Source of the DNA: Acidimicrobiia bacterium
Lineage (GTDB): Bacteria; Actinomycetota; Acidimicrobiia; Spongiisociales; Spongiisociaceae
Direction of reading: 5' to 3'
DNA: 64,000 bases
Assembly: GCA_041576165.1 (NCBI GenBank)
Contig: JBFGLM010000004.1
Location: forward strand, 1 to 64,000
This document shows, one piece after another, positions 28,301 through 38,228 of the stretch; within the stretch, counting starts at the first letter, position 1, and the number at the start of each line of letters is the position of its first letter. The notes under the pieces are model-generated. The model was not told the DNA's origin. It saw only the letters and a program-made list of their open reading frames with translations, and ran no database searches. The translations under genes and the position numbers were made by a program.

Positions 28301-28519
28301 GTGACCTTTGCCTATTTCGGCGGCGGGCTGACTGAGCGGACCCATTCGGCCGACGAGGCCTGGGTCGATGAGGCCGAGCGAGATCTCCTCTCCATCGTGA
28401 GGCTCATCGAGACGGAGCAGTTCGAGCCGACGCCGTCCGCCGTCTGTCCCAGCTGCGATTTCTTGAACTTCTGCCCCGCCGGCCAGGCATGGGTCGATGA
28501 GCACGCACCAACCACCTAG
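25385..28519 (+). CDS. adnB: UvrD-like helicase/RecB-like nuclease, AdnB-like subunit
   Basis: [30 protein letters not shown]...DFKSG; ATGA overlap with adnA. Confidence 0.88.
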   Translation: MTSFVPTPEQRRVIEWPLAPVRVAAGAGTGKTTTLAYRVAEMVDRYAIRPDQVLGITFTNKAAGELAARIREVLGIRLEPGDAVDVFTYHGFAAQLLGDYGLRVGVERGSAVVTPTFARQLLLDAVTVATFEQTDITARRKVISDLDKLSSDLGDNLLTPQDLADYIRRSAAAAGGDIPQTELEAKRSEYATVLGHYSVRKRSLDALDYADLIRLGYELVRDHPDTAAAIREQYRLVLLDEYQDTNAAQRRLLQAVFGGGFPVTAVGDRDQTIYEWRGASLENFARFQEHFPQEDGTPAGNAGLTLNRRSGARILDVANIVRSQVRGEPVDPLRPLDDAPAGTVSVAWHRTSRLEADAIAEEVARLHREEGVPWREMAVLFRKNKDISLIRDALEDHGVPIQVANLGGLLTVPEVVEVHAWLRVLADADDTPALARLLMGSRHRVGMSDMRKLADWVRAQDDDPADEDEALPQHTLVEALEHLDRVELSDDGRAAAVAFVNMFRRLLAAAQGSSLVELVQHILAETDAWRDVAAMPETAQLSARLNLYRFLDLTESWSPLEGRPSLHAFLAYLELMQEEDIEELDTARISDDDAVTLLTIHRAKGLEWDAVFIPAAYRNNFPSGVRLYEDPYVQAAILPYELRLDRADRPPIKAEMTQRDRQALLKDRHADQEWRLAYVAVTRARRYLYLSGAAWTGTPRPNKTPAKPSALLELVAGLPHVSRTAWVDDPGERPETLRYGPMDASPDPLFPQGWDAALRAAIEDPGTVVTCAVEHSTVEAYHAKVSEFQEMLFSLPDPVDDSPEPEPLRASVTGLVTYATCPRRYYWAEIDRLPRRASPAARRGVDLHRRIEMHNRGAIPFDDLEPDLYDVVPAENEGAEEAESAYQRFKSSRFAQSQPRFIEVPFDLRLNDDARIRGRIDAIYEHGSDHWEIVDFKSGRPSHDPAAVVQLQAYALAARRAGFAPYVPDRLDVTFAYFGGGLTERTHSADEAWVDEAERDLLSIVRLIETEQFEPTPSAVCPSCDFLNFCPAGQAWVDEHAPTT

Positions 28520-28971
28520 ACGAACCGCCCGTCGCGCGTCTCGAGCAGGATGGTCACCGGGCCATCGTTGATCAGCGCTACGTTCATATGCGCCCCGAAC
28601 TCGCCGCAGGCAGCAGCAACGCCCGCCTCCTCGATGTGGCGCACCACCACGTCCACCAGTGGCTGGGCGATCTCGGGGGCCGCAGCATCGGTGAACGACG
28701 GTCGGCGCCCCTTGCGGGCGTCGCCATAGAGTGTGAACTGCGACACGACGAGGACCGCCCCGCCCACGTCCACCACCGAACGGTTCATCTTGCCCTCGGT
28801 ATCCGGGAAGATACGCAGACCGAGCACCTTGGCCGCGAGCGCATCGGCGTCTGCCGCGGTGTCGCGATGAGTGGCGCCCACCAGCGCCAACAAACCGTGC
28901 CCGATGTCCGCCACTACCCGACCGTCCACCGTCACGGAAGCCCCGGTCACCCGCTGCACCACCGCCCGCAT
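28516..28971 (-). CDS. dtd: D-aminoacyl-tRNA deacylase
   Basis: [19 protein letters not shown]. Confidence 0.97.
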   Translation of the reverse strand: MRAVVQRVTGASVTVDGRVVADIGHGLLALVGATHRDTAADADALAAKVLGLRIFPDTEGKMNRSVVDVGGAVLVVSQFTLYGDARKGRRPSFTDAAAPEIAQPLVDVVVRHIEEAGVAAACGEFGAHMNVALINDGPVTILLETRDGRFV

Positions 28972-29021
28972 CCCTGGGACGCTAGCGCCGGATAGTCTCG
29001 CGGCCGGCAAGGAGGCGAAAA

Positions 29022-30062
29022 CTGCACGGATACCGGTTGCACCGCTGGGACGGCGATCTTCACTGGGACGAGATCACGGTCCCTCGACCGGGAGCCGGTG
29101 AGGCGCGTATCAGCGTCGAGGCCTGCGGGATCGGTGGGACGGTCGTCCGGTATGTACATGGCAGCCTCAGCCATGATCACGCACTGCTTCCACGGGTACC
29201 GGGCCACGAGCTCGTCGGAATTGTGGATGCGGTCGGCAACGTCGAAACCGACGCGCACCTGGTGGGACGGCGTGTGATGGCGTACTTCTATCTGATCTGC
29301 GACGAGTGCGGCCCGTGTAGAACCGACGCCGAGCCGAGATGCGAACGCCTGTCCGGCCGGGTAGGCGTCCATCGCGATGGAGGATACGCCTCGTCGGTGG
29401 TGCTCCCCATCAGCAACCTGTTGCCAGTGCCCGACGGCGTCGACCCGGTAGCCGCCACTGTCATCCCTGATGCAGTGGCTACCCCCGTCCACGTACTCCG
29501 GCGCACCGGCACCACTGCGTCAGATCGAGTGGTCGTCATCGGCGCAGGTGGCGGGGTCGGCATTCACATGGTGCAGGTAGCGGTGCATGCAGGCGCCGCA
29601 GTGGTCGGGATCGACGTCGGGTCGGAGAAAACCGCCGCGATCGCTCGGTATGGAGAGTCCCGCGATGCCTCCCGCGGGTGGGAACGATTGAAGGCCCCAT
29701 CCCTCTTCAACGGCGAACTGCCGACGGTAGTGATTGATCTGGTGGGAAAACCCGAGACGCTCGACTGGGGATTCAGCGCGCTGGCCTCCGGCGGGCGCAT
29801 GGCCATACTCGCTTCGTCTGATGACGTGTCGTTCACGCTCGGACCCCGCCGGCTGGTCTTGCAGGAGCTGAGTTTGCTCGGATCCCTCTATGCCTCACGC
29901 CGGGAAGTGATGGAAGCCGCCGACTTGATAGCCCGCCGATTCGTACAACCCGTGATCGGCGAGGTGGTGGGACCGGAACGAGTACCGGCCGTACACGCGC
30001 AAATAACACACGGCGATCTGATCGGGCGCGCCGCAGTGGTATGGGCCAGGGGCGCCCGATGA
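29022..30062 (+). CDS. Zinc-dependent alcohol dehydrogenase (MDR)
   Basis: GHE, structural-Zn CDECGPC...C, GAGGGVG; start CTG 29022 (or TTG 29037). Confidence 0.9.
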   Translation: MHGYRLHRWDGDLHWDEITVPRPGAGEARISVEACGIGGTVVRYVHGSLSHDHALLPRVPGHELVGIVDAVGNVETDAHLVGRRVMAYFYLICDECGPCRTDAEPRCERLSGRVGVHRDGGYASSVVLPISNLLPVPDGVDPVAATVIPDAVATPVHVLRRTGTTASDRVVVIGAGGGVGIHMVQVAVHAGAAVVGIDVGSEKTAAIARYGESRDASRGWERLKAPSLFNGELPTVVIDLVGKPETLDWGFSALASGGRMAILASSDDVSFTLGPRRLVLQELSLLGSLYASRREVMEAADLIARRFVQPVIGEVVGPERVPAVHAQITHGDLIGRAAVVWARGAR

Positions 30063-30634
30063 AACGTTGTGCGTGGGTCCCAGCGGATGACCCTCTCTAC
30101 GTCGCGTATCACGACGCTGAATGGGGTGTACCGGTCTATGACGACGCTGGCTTGTTCGAGCTGCTGACACTCGAAGGCGCTCAGGCCGGCCTGTCGTGGC
30201 GGACAATTCTCAGCAAGCGCGCCGGATACCGACAGCTCTTCCACGGTTTCGACCCCGCAGCCGTTGCGGCCATGACCCCAACCGACGTGGACCGGCTCAT
30301 CGAAGACCCTGCAATCGTGCGCCATCGAGGCAAGATCGAGTCGACCGTCACCAATGCCCGGGCGATCCTGGCGCTACCGGACGGTGATTTCGCCGGCTTC
30401 ATCTGGGGATTCGTCGGCGGCCGCCCGGTGGACGGCAACCGCCGTGCCGTCACCGACCTGCCCGCCCACACTGAGCTCTCCCGCCGGGCGTCGGTAGAGC
30501 TGAAGCGCATGGGCTTCCGGTTTGTCGGGGCCACGACCGTCTACTCGTTCTTCCAGGCGGGCGGATTGATCAACGACCACACCCTGGATTGCTTCCGGTA
30601 CGCCGAAGTTCTGCTGCTATCCGGCGGAGGCTGA
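30059..30634 (+). CDS. tag: DNA-3-methyladenine glycosylase I
   Basis: RCAW, YHDAEWG, LEGAQAGLSW, NDHTLDC. Confidence 0.96.
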   Translation: MKRCAWVPADDPLYVAYHDAEWGVPVYDDAGLFELLTLEGAQAGLSWRTILSKRAGYRQLFHGFDPAAVAAMTPTDVDRLIEDPAIVRHRGKIESTVTNARAILALPDGDFAGFIWGFVGGRPVDGNRRAVTDLPAHTELSRRASVELKRMGFRFVGATTVYSFFQAGGLINDHTLDCFRYAEVLLLSGGG

Positions 30635-30658
30635 GCTGCCTGCATACAATCGACACCG

Positions 30659-33010
30659 ATGGCAGGCCGCACCACCGACGAGCGACGGATGACCAACAGC
30701 CCGGAATGGCCGGCGGAACCCGGTCGGCCCGCCGTTATCGTGTCGGACGCGGCCAGCAAGCTGGAGGTCGAGCTGGTTGAGGACTGGATTCGGCGGTCAG
30801 TCCCAGGGGGCACACCGACCTCGCTCGTGCGGGTCCCTCCGTCCCGACGGCGCAGGCCCGGCCGGCGCATCGATCCGCGCCTCGCGCCCAACTTGTCCCG
30901 CGGCGACAACCCGCTCGTGATCCCGATCCGCGTCGTTTGGACGGCCCAAGAGACCCACGGGCGAAGGAGCTTGGTGTTGCGCGACTTTTTGACTTTGCGC
31001 GATCCTCGCGATCCGGATCTGGTCACCCAGCATGTCATTCTTCGACGTCACCCCGAGCGGGTTCACCTCGTCATGGGTGACCCGGCTGGAGCCGGCGAGC
31101 TGAGGGAACTGTGGCAGTCCTCCGTGGAAGCCGACGCGTTCGACGAGTTCGTGGCGCGCCGGGCCTGGTTGGCGCTGGAGCGGGCAGAACGGCGCCTGCG
31201 CGGCACTCGCTACAAGATCCCCAAATTCGTCAAAGAGGAGATCCTCCAACGCGCCGAGTTCCGGGAGGGCCTGGTCCGGCTGGCTCCCCAGCTTGGGCGA
31301 CCGATCGAGCAAATGACGCGCAAGGCCGGGCGGTACCTCAAGGAGATCGCGGCCAGCCACAGCCCATTCGTCATCGATCTGGTCGCCAGCGCCATCCGGC
31401 TCCTGTACCGCCAGGGATACGGCCGTATCGACTACGACGCTCGCCAGTTCCAGGAGCTGTACACCCTCGGGACCCGGTATCCGCTCGTGTTCTTGCCGTC
31501 GCACAAATCAAACCTCGACCACCTCGTTCTTCAGTACCTGCTGTGGGAGAACAACCTCCCACCCAACCACACAGCAGCCGGCATCAACATGAACTTCTTC
31601 CCGGTCGGCCCTCTGATTCGGCGCACCGGGGCCTTCTTCATCCGCCGTTCCTTCAAAGACAACGAAACCTACAAATTCGTCCTCCGGTCCTATCTCGAGT
31701 ACCTGATCGAAAAGCGCTTCCCGCTGGAGTGGTACATCGAGGGAGGCCGCAGCCGGTCCGGCAAGTTGCTGGCGCCCAAATACGGCATGCTCGTCTATGT
31801 GGCCGACGCGCTCCGTCACGACAAATCGGACGACGTGTATTTGATCCCGACGTCGATCGCCTACGACCACATCCAGGAGATCGGCGCCTACAGCGCAGAG
31901 CAACGAGGTGAACAGAAGGAGAAGGAGTCGGCTGCCTGGATGGTGCGGGCGATCCGATCACTTCGCAAGCGGTACGGCAACATCCATCTCCGATTCGGCG
32001 AGCCGCTGTCTTTGGCCAAGGAACTCGATCCGTCGCTGGATGGTGACGCCCGCTACCTCGACATCCAGAAAGTTGCGTTCGAAGTATGTGTCCGGATCAA
32101 CCGGGCCACGCCCATCACGCCAACCTCGATCGCGACGGCTGCGCTCCTAGCCAACCCCGACCGGGCTCAGACCTCGACCGAGCTATCCGCAGCCATGGGA
32201 GAGCTGATCGACGAGATCGCAGAGCGCAGACTTCCGACCACAGTTCCGCTGCGCCACCTGCGTACCGAAGCCGGTATCAAGGACGTCATGGCGGGCCTGG
32301 CGGAACACGGTCTCGTCGAGATCATTGCGGACGGTCCCGAGACCGTCTACCGCATCCGCGAGGACGCCCACGTCGGTGCGGCCTTCTATCGCAATACGAT
32401 CATCCATTTCTTCGTGAACGCAGCGATTGCGGAGTTGGCGCTCGTTGCTGCCCTCGAAGCTGAAGACGCCCCTCTGGATGCCTTCTGGACTGAGGTCTCC
32501 AATCTCCGGGACCTGTTGAAATTCGAGTTCTTCTTCCCCGAGCGCGACGAGTTCCGGGAAGAGGTCCACCAGATCCTGAGCCGGATCGCAGACGACTGGC
32601 CGGAGCGCGTCGAGGCTGGGCCGGACCCCACCAGGGAGCTCCTGCACCGCATCCGGCCCGTCCACGGACCATGGGTGCTCCGGTCGTTCTTCGAGTCATA
32701 CGTTTTGATCGGGCAGACGCTGCAGCACGACGCAATCGAAGGTACTTCTGACGAAAAGGGGCTCATTGCCGCAGCCCTCGCTCGCGGGAAGCAACACCAG
32801 GTGCAGCGCAAGATCAGAGCTCCGGAAGCGGTTTCTCAGTCACTCTTCAAAACGGCACTGCAGCTGGCCGACAATCGGGGACTTCTCGACGAGTCCGTCC
32901 CGGGGATCGCCGTTCGCCGGGCCGAATTCGCAGCGGAGCTGGCCACCCGGCTCGACCGGCTCGACCTGTTGGCCCTGATCAGGGCAACGCGCGACGATCC
33001 ATCCGTATGA
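30659..33010 (+). CDS. plsB: Glycerol-3-phosphate O-acyltransferase
   Basis: SHKSNLD, GAFFIRRSF, YIEGGRSRSGK. Confidence 0.93.
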   Translation: MAGRTTDERRMTNSPEWPAEPGRPAVIVSDAASKLEVELVEDWIRRSVPGGTPTSLVRVPPSRRRRPGRRIDPRLAPNLSRGDNPLVIPIRVVWTAQETHGRRSLVLRDFLTLRDPRDPDLVTQHVILRRHPERVHLVMGDPAGAGELRELWQSSVEADAFDEFVARRAWLALERAERRLRGTRYKIPKFVKEEILQRAEFREGLVRLAPQLGRPIEQMTRKAGRYLKEIAASHSPFVIDLVASAIRLLYRQGYGRIDYDARQFQELYTLGTRYPLVFLPSHKSNLDHLVLQYLLWENNLPPNHTAAGINMNFFPVGPLIRRTGAFFIRRSFKDNETYKFVLRSYLEYLIEKRFPLEWYIEGGRSRSGKLLAPKYGMLVYVADALRHDKSDDVYLIPTSIAYDHIQEIGAYSAEQRGEQKEKESAAWMVRAIRSLRKRYGNIHLRFGEPLSLAKELDPSLDGDARYLDIQKVAFEVCVRINRATPITPTSIATAALLANPDRAQTSTELSAAMGELIDEIAERRLPTTVPLRHLRTEAGIKDVMAGLAEHGLVEIIADGPETVYRIREDAHVGAAFYRNTIIHFFVNAAIAELALVAALEAEDAPLDAFWTEVSNLRDLLKFEFFFPERDEFREEVHQILSRIADDWPERVEAGPDPTRELLHRIRPVHGPWVLRSFFESYVLIGQTLQHDAIEGTSDEKGLIAAALARGKQHQVQRKIRAPEAVSQSLFKTALQLADNRGLLDESVPGIAVRRAEFAAELATRLDRLDLLALIRATRDDPSV

Positions 33011-33663
33011 GGAAGCTGTGGTCGCGCCCTCCGACGTTCGAGGACCGGGCGGCCGCCGGACGGGCGCTGGCCGAGGAGCTGGAGGATGCCGCCGGCCGTG
33101 ATCCGGTAGTGCTCGGCCTGCCCAGGGGCGGTGTTGCGGTTGCTGCCCCCGTGGCCGAGCAATTGGGCGCGCCTCTCGACGTCTTGGCCGTGGCCAAAGT
33201 GGGGGTTCCCGGCCATGAGGAGCTGGCCGCCGGGGCAGTCGGCGAGGGCGGCGTCGCGGTCGTGAACGAGGGCGTCGTGCAGCGCTACGGGATCAGCCCT
33301 GCGACGTTGGAGTCGGCGATCGCAGCCGCCCAGGCCAAGGTGGAGGCCCGGCTCGCGGAAATCCGGGCCGTGGTGCCCCGGATCGAAATAGAAGGCCGGA
33401 CAGTGATCATCATCGACGACGGCCTTGCCACCGGCGCGACCGCCCGTGCTGCGATCGAGGTGGCCCGGGCGGCGGGCTGCCCGCACATCGTCCTGGCCGT
33501 GCCCGTAGCCCCAGCCGAAGCGATCGAAGGCTTTACGAAGCTGGCCGACGAGGTTGTAACCGTGCTGACGCCGCTCGATTTTCAGGCCGTGGGCATGTGG
33601 TATCGCGACTTTTCGCAGACCACGACCGACGAAGTCATCGAGCTGCTGCGTGCAGCCAGATGA
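33007..33663 (+). CDS. Phosphoribosyltransferase-family protein
   Basis: GLPRGGV, IIIDDGLATGAT, WYRDFSQTTTDEV. Confidence 0.92.
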   Translation: MRKLWSRPPTFEDRAAAGRALAEELEDAAGRDPVVLGLPRGGVAVAAPVAEQLGAPLDVLAVAKVGVPGHEELAAGAVGEGGVAVVNEGVVQRYGISPATLESAIAAAQAKVEARLAEIRAVVPRIEIEGRTVIIIDDGLATGATARAAIEVARAAGCPHIVLAVPVAPAEAIEGFTKLADEVVTVLTPLDFQAVGMWYRDFSQTTTDEVIELLRAAR

Positions 33664-34646
33664 ATACTCCCCCCGAGGGGCCGCCGATCTCACCCGGCCG
33701 GCGCCGGGAGCTCCACTACTGGATGCGGCTGACCCGAACGCTGGATGACCAGATCATCACGCTATGGAAACAGGGTCGGGGCGTAGGTGGCACGTTCAAC
33801 CAACGTGGGCACGAAGCGATCAGCGTGGGGGCCGGATCGGCTTTGGGACCTGACGACGTTGTTGCGCCCATGCACCGAGATCTGGGGTGCTATCTGCTGC
33901 GGGGCATCACACCCGAGCGGATCATGGCCAGCCAGCTGGGCCGGGCCACATCTGTCAATGGTGGCCGGGACGCCAACCTGCACGGATGCGGTGACCTCGA
34001 CCTGAACATCATCGGATTCGTGAGCCATCTGCCGCAATCCCTGCCGGTGGCAGTCGGAGCCGCGATGTCGTTCACGTATCGCCGTGAACCGCGGGTGGCC
34101 ATGACGTTCGTCGGCGACGGATCGTCGAACACTGGTTTGTTCCACGAATCGCTCAACCTCGCCGCCGTGCACCAGGCGCCCTTTGTCCTCATTGTCGAGA
34201 ACAACCAGTACGCCTACTCCACACCGCTCGCACAGCAGATGGCCATCGACGACATTGTGGTACGAGCCGCGGCCCACGGTGTGCCGGCCGAGATCGTGGA
34301 CGGCAACGACGTCGAGGCAGTGCGCACAGTGGTCGAGATGGCGGTCGAACGCGCCAGAGAAGGCGGCGGCCCAACCATGATCGAATGCAAGACGATGCGA
34401 ATGCTGGGACACGCCATCCACGACGGGGCCGAATACGTGCCGACCGAGCTTCTCGCCGAGTGGTCGAAGCGCGATCCCATCCTGAGGTTCGAGCGGGTGC
34501 TGCTCGAGAATGGCGTCATGACCGAGGCCGATCTTACGGCCGTGGCCAATGAGTGCCGTCAACGGGTGGCAGCTGCTGTCGAGTTCGCCGAGTCCTCGGA
34601 CTGGCCCGACCCCGCCACAGTTCTGGACGGGGTGTTCGCGCCATGA
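33660..34646 (+). CDS. TPP-dependent 2-oxoacid/acetoin dehydrogenase E1 alpha
   Basis: GHEA, HRD, GDG...NN TPP motif, GH...D. Confidence 0.93.
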   Translation: MNTPPEGPPISPGRRRELHYWMRLTRTLDDQIITLWKQGRGVGGTFNQRGHEAISVGAGSALGPDDVVAPMHRDLGCYLLRGITPERIMASQLGRATSVNGGRDANLHGCGDLDLNIIGFVSHLPQSLPVAVGAAMSFTYRREPRVAMTFVGDGSSNTGLFHESLNLAAVHQAPFVLIVENNQYAYSTPLAQQMAIDDIVVRAAAHGVPAEIVDGNDVEAVRTVVEMAVERAREGGGPTMIECKTMRMLGHAIHDGAEYVPTELLAEWSKRDPILRFERVLLENGVMTEADLTAVANECRQRVAAAVEFAESSDWPDPATVLDGVFAP

Positions 34647-35671
34647 CCGATGGCAACTTTGGATTCAGCGATACCGCCCCGGCGGTGAGCGACGACACCA
34701 AGATGAGCTACATCGAGGCTATATCGACGGCGCTGGCCGAGGAGATGCGGCGCGACCCGGACGTGCTGGTGCTCGGGGAGGACGTGGGCGGCACATTCGG
34801 TGGAGCGTTCAAGGTGACCAAGGGGTTTGCTGAGGAATTCGGCGACCGCCGGGTGATGAACATGCCGATGACCGAACTCGGCTTCATCGGGGCCGCCAAC
34901 GGCATGGCGCTGATGGGCCTACGGCCGGTGGTCGAGGTCCAGTTCGCCGACTTCATCAGCACCGGTTTCGATTCCATCGTGCAGTTTGCTGCGACCACCT
35001 ATTACCGGTGGAAGGGATCGGTGCCGTGGGTCATCCGGGCTCCGGCGGACGGCGGCATCCGGTCGGGTCCATTTCACAGCCAGAACCCGGAAGCATGGTT
35101 CGTTCATACGCCCGGCCTGAAAGTTGTGGCGCCCGCCACCCCCGCCGACGCCAAAGGCCTGCTCGTCGCCGCGATCCGCGACGACAACCCGGTGATCTAC
35201 CTGGAATCGAAACCCCTATATCGATCACTGGTCGACCATGTGCCGGCCGGCGACCACACCGTCCCACTTGGCCGGGCACGGATTGCCCGGAGCGGGACCG
35301 ACGCCACCGTCGTCACCTACGGGGCCATGGTCCACCAGGTGATCGCGGCGGCGGACTCCCTGGCTGCCGATGGCGCCGAGATCGAGGTTATCGATCTCCG
35401 ATCGCTCAAGCCGCTCGACATCCCAACGGTGCTCGAGTCCATCCACAAGACTGGTCGGCTCCTCGTCACCCACGCCGCCAACCGGCTCGCAGGGATCGGC
35501 GCCGAGATCGCAGCCGTGGTGGCCGAGGACGCGTTCGAGGCCCTCGACGCGCCGATCGCGAGGATCGGCGGGCTGGACGTGCCGGTGCCGTTCTCCCCGC
35601 CGTTGGAGGACGCCTACCGGCCCGACGCCCGGCAACTCACGGCCGCGCTGCGCCAGCTCCTCGCGTTCTGA
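34643..35671 (+). CDS. 2-oxoacid/acetoin dehydrogenase E1 beta
   Basis: GEDVG, EVQFADF, HSQ, IDLRSLKPLD. Confidence 0.94.
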   Translation: MTDGNFGFSDTAPAVSDDTKMSYIEAISTALAEEMRRDPDVLVLGEDVGGTFGGAFKVTKGFAEEFGDRRVMNMPMTELGFIGAANGMALMGLRPVVEVQFADFISTGFDSIVQFAATTYYRWKGSVPWVIRAPADGGIRSGPFHSQNPEAWFVHTPGLKVVAPATPADAKGLLVAAIRDDNPVIYLESKPLYRSLVDHVPAGDHTVPLGRARIARSGTDATVVTYGAMVHQVIAAADSLAADGAEIEVIDLRSLKPLDIPTVLESIHKTGRLLVTHAANRLAGIGAEIAAVVAEDAFEALDAPIARIGGLDVPVPFSPPLEDAYRPDARQLTAALRQLLAF

Positions 35672-35689
35672 ACCACTGGCCGCGCCGGC

Positions 35690-36898
35690 CTACTTCATGA
35701 TCTTCAGGTCGACCCAGACCAGCCGGTGATCCGAGCTAGGGAACGGGAAGACCCCGACCAACGCGAAGAGTGGATCATCCGACGTGGGCCAGAAAACCCC
35801 GGCATCCAGAACCGGAAGCCGACGCGACGGGAGCACGTAATGCACCCGCAGGTTGCCGGGCGCAGTGTCGGAGGAATCCGCAGTGTCCAGGGCCGGGTCG
35901 CCCACATGGTCGTTGTTGAGCCCGCCTTGCATCGCCCCCTGCTCCACTGGACCCGCGCTCTTCGGCATCGGGTCCGAGATGCGGGGATGATCCAGGAGCA
36001 GATTGGCCGCCTCGGCCGTGCTGTCACCGTCGAAAGGGTCGGCATTCTGGTCGCCCATGATCACGAACGGATGCCCGGGCACACCGCCAAACCGTCCGGA
36101 GTCGTCGTAGATGTATTGGGCGGCACCCGGGGTCACGTAGTCGGCCCAGAACCTGATCTCGTCATGGTTGCGAGTGCCATTGCGGTCCTCGGGGCCGTCA
36201 AACACCGGCGGGGTGGGATGGCTGACGAGCGCATGCACGATCTTGCCGCCGATACGGATCGGCACATCCCAGTGGCTCTTCGACGACAACCGAAATACGT
36301 CCAGTTCCATCGAGGTGTACCAGTCGGCGGTCGCCGGGCTGTCCGGGTCATCCGGCAGCAGGGCGCCAGGCATGTCCGCCCACAGGAAGTTCTGGAAGGT
36401 GCGCACCTTGTTCTGCAGGATTGGATACCTCGACAACAACAACATCCCAAACTGGCCCTCGAAGAATCCGAACCCGAAGGCGTCTCCGGGGCCGCTAGCC
36501 ACGCCGTCGTTGTCGAGGTCAAACCCGCTCGGTATCCCGGTATTGGACGGCGCCTGGAACACATGCCCCTAGTGAATCGGTTCGGCCCCATTCTGGCTGA
36601 CGCCGAGGTAGTTCTCCTGGAACAACACGGCGGCCGTTCCGTTGGGATCGAAATCGAACTCGTTGATCAGCAGCACATCCGGGCGGGTGCGCTGGATGAT
36701 CTCCGCCACCGCCCGAGCCTGAGCGTTGTTTGGGGTGAACAAATCGTTGATGAGGTCGCCTGCATTGAATCGGTTGAGCGAGGGGTTGAACGTGGCAAAC
36801 CGAACTTCAATCGACCGGGCCCTCGTGTCGGCTGCCGCAGGCAAGGTGAGCGCTGCGATCAGGGCGATTGTCAGCGGCAGGGTGGCCAAGCGTCGCAC
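35690..36898 (-). pseudogene. Secreted endonuclease/exonuclease/phosphatase (phytase-like) gene interrupted by in-frame TAG
   Basis: Signal peptide, FATFN, DVLLINEFD, then TAG at 36571-36569, continuing in frame to SNTG, HPTPPVFD, MGDQNAD, SDH. Confidence 0.8.
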
Positions 36899-36987
36899 AG
36901 GTACCCCCGAACTCTTGCGAACTGTCACAAAGCTACCGATGTGCGGGACTCCGTGCCGGATCGAAGAGAGCCCGGCCCGACCGTGTC

Positions 36988-37281
36988 TCAGGCTCGCCAG
37001 TCCAAGAAGGCCCCTCCGGCCGCGAGAGTTGCCAGCCAAACGGCGAATGCCAGCACGGGTATTCCGATCGTGATCCACGGTCGGGTGCGCCACCTTCGGA
37101 TCCCCAACAGCAGCAGCACGGCCCATACGATCAGCATTGCCGTGACCGCCCAGGGCGGGGCCACCAGCCCCGACACCAACATGAAGAAGCCGGCGACCAG
37201 GTGCAGGGCCAGGCCCACCAGCGCGTAGAGGACTTTGCGCGGGGTGAGCGGCGGGACCTCGGTAGAAACGGGATCGGTCAT
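36988..37281 (-). CDS. Small membrane protein (three TMs)
   Basis: Hydrophobic helices; TACAGT 8 nt before ATG. Confidence 0.75.
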   Translation of the reverse strand: MTDPVSTEVPPLTPRKVLYALVGLALHLVAGFFMLVSGLVAPPWAVTAMLIVWAVLLLLGIRRWRTRPWITIGIPVLAFAVWLATLAAGGAFLDWRA

Positions 37282-37349
37282 GCGCGCCCACTGTAGAGGG
37301 CGTCAACCGCAGCGCGGACCAGGGCTGGTCAGACGGTACCCTGAACCGG

Positions 37350-38228
37350 ATGGAGTGCTTCACGATCGACCTCGACGGGCCGGTTTTCGGCGTCGATTAC
37401 GGCGGGAGGGGCCAGCCGGTGGTGCTCGTGCATGGGCTGGGAGGCTCGCACCACAACTGGAACGCCCTCGCACCGCACATTGCTCATCTCGGGCACGTAT
37501 ACGCCCTCGACCTCCGCGGATTCGGCCGCACTCCCCCGGCCGGCCGGGGAACGACGGTCGACGCCAACCAGCGGCTCGTCCACCAATTCATCGAGCATCT
37601 CGATGCCGGGCCCGCCATGCTGATTGGCAACTCGATGGGCGGGATGATCTCGATGATGCAGGCAGCCCGGGAGCCGTCGTCGGTTTCCCGCCTGGTTCTC
37701 ATCAGCCCGGCCGCTCCCGCCTGGGACCGGGCCCAGGTGAACGCGCGCTGGGCCATCCTCAGCGCCCTCTACCTCGTTCCCGGGGTAGGCCACGCGGCGA
37801 TGAAACGGTATGAGAGCTCCCGCACGCCGGAGCAACGGGTCCACGAGAGCTTCACACTGGTGGCGGCCGACGCCGGGGGGCTGGCGCCTCTCCGGGATGA
37901 CCACATCGCGATGGCTCGCGAGCGCCGGACTCAACCCTGGGCCATCCCGGCCGTACTCGATGCCTACCGCTCGATCGTGCGCTATTACCTGCCGCGCGCT
38001 CGGTACGACAACATCGTCTCCTCGGTGCAGGCACCGACCCTGCTGGTGCATGGCAAGGTTGACCGTGTCGTGCCGTTTGTCGGCAGCCGGCGCCTGGCGT
38101 CTTTGCGCCCCGACTGGACCTTCGCCCCCCTCAACGGCGTCGGCCACGTCGCTCAGATGGAGGTGCCGGATCTGCTCGCGCGGCTCATGGACGATTGGAT
38201 TGGGGGCGCCGCTGCACTGTCGGCCTGA
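37350..38228 (+). CDS. Alpha/beta-fold hydrolase
   Basis: HGLGG, GNSMGG, D, GH catalytic pattern. Confidence 0.93.
   Translation: MECFTIDLDGPVFGVDYGGRGQPVVLVHGLGGSHHNWNALAPHIAHLGHVYALDLRGFGRTPPAGRGTTVDANQRLVHQFIEHLDAGPAMLIGNSMGGMISMMQAAREPSSVSRLVLISPAAPAWDRAQVNARWAILSALYLVPGVGHAAMKRYESSRTPEQRVHESFTLVAADAGGLAPLRDDHIAMARERRTQPWAIPAVLDAYRSIVRYYLPRARYDNIVSSVQAPTLLVHGKVDRVVPFVGSRRLASLRPDWTFAPLNGVGHVAQMEVPDLLARLMDDWIGGAAALSA

Noticed and set aside
36569-36571. Pyrrolysine or programmed amber readthrough
   Set aside because: TAG is used as a normal stop elsewhere in the window, no pyl genes are present here, and other conserved residues are also damaged
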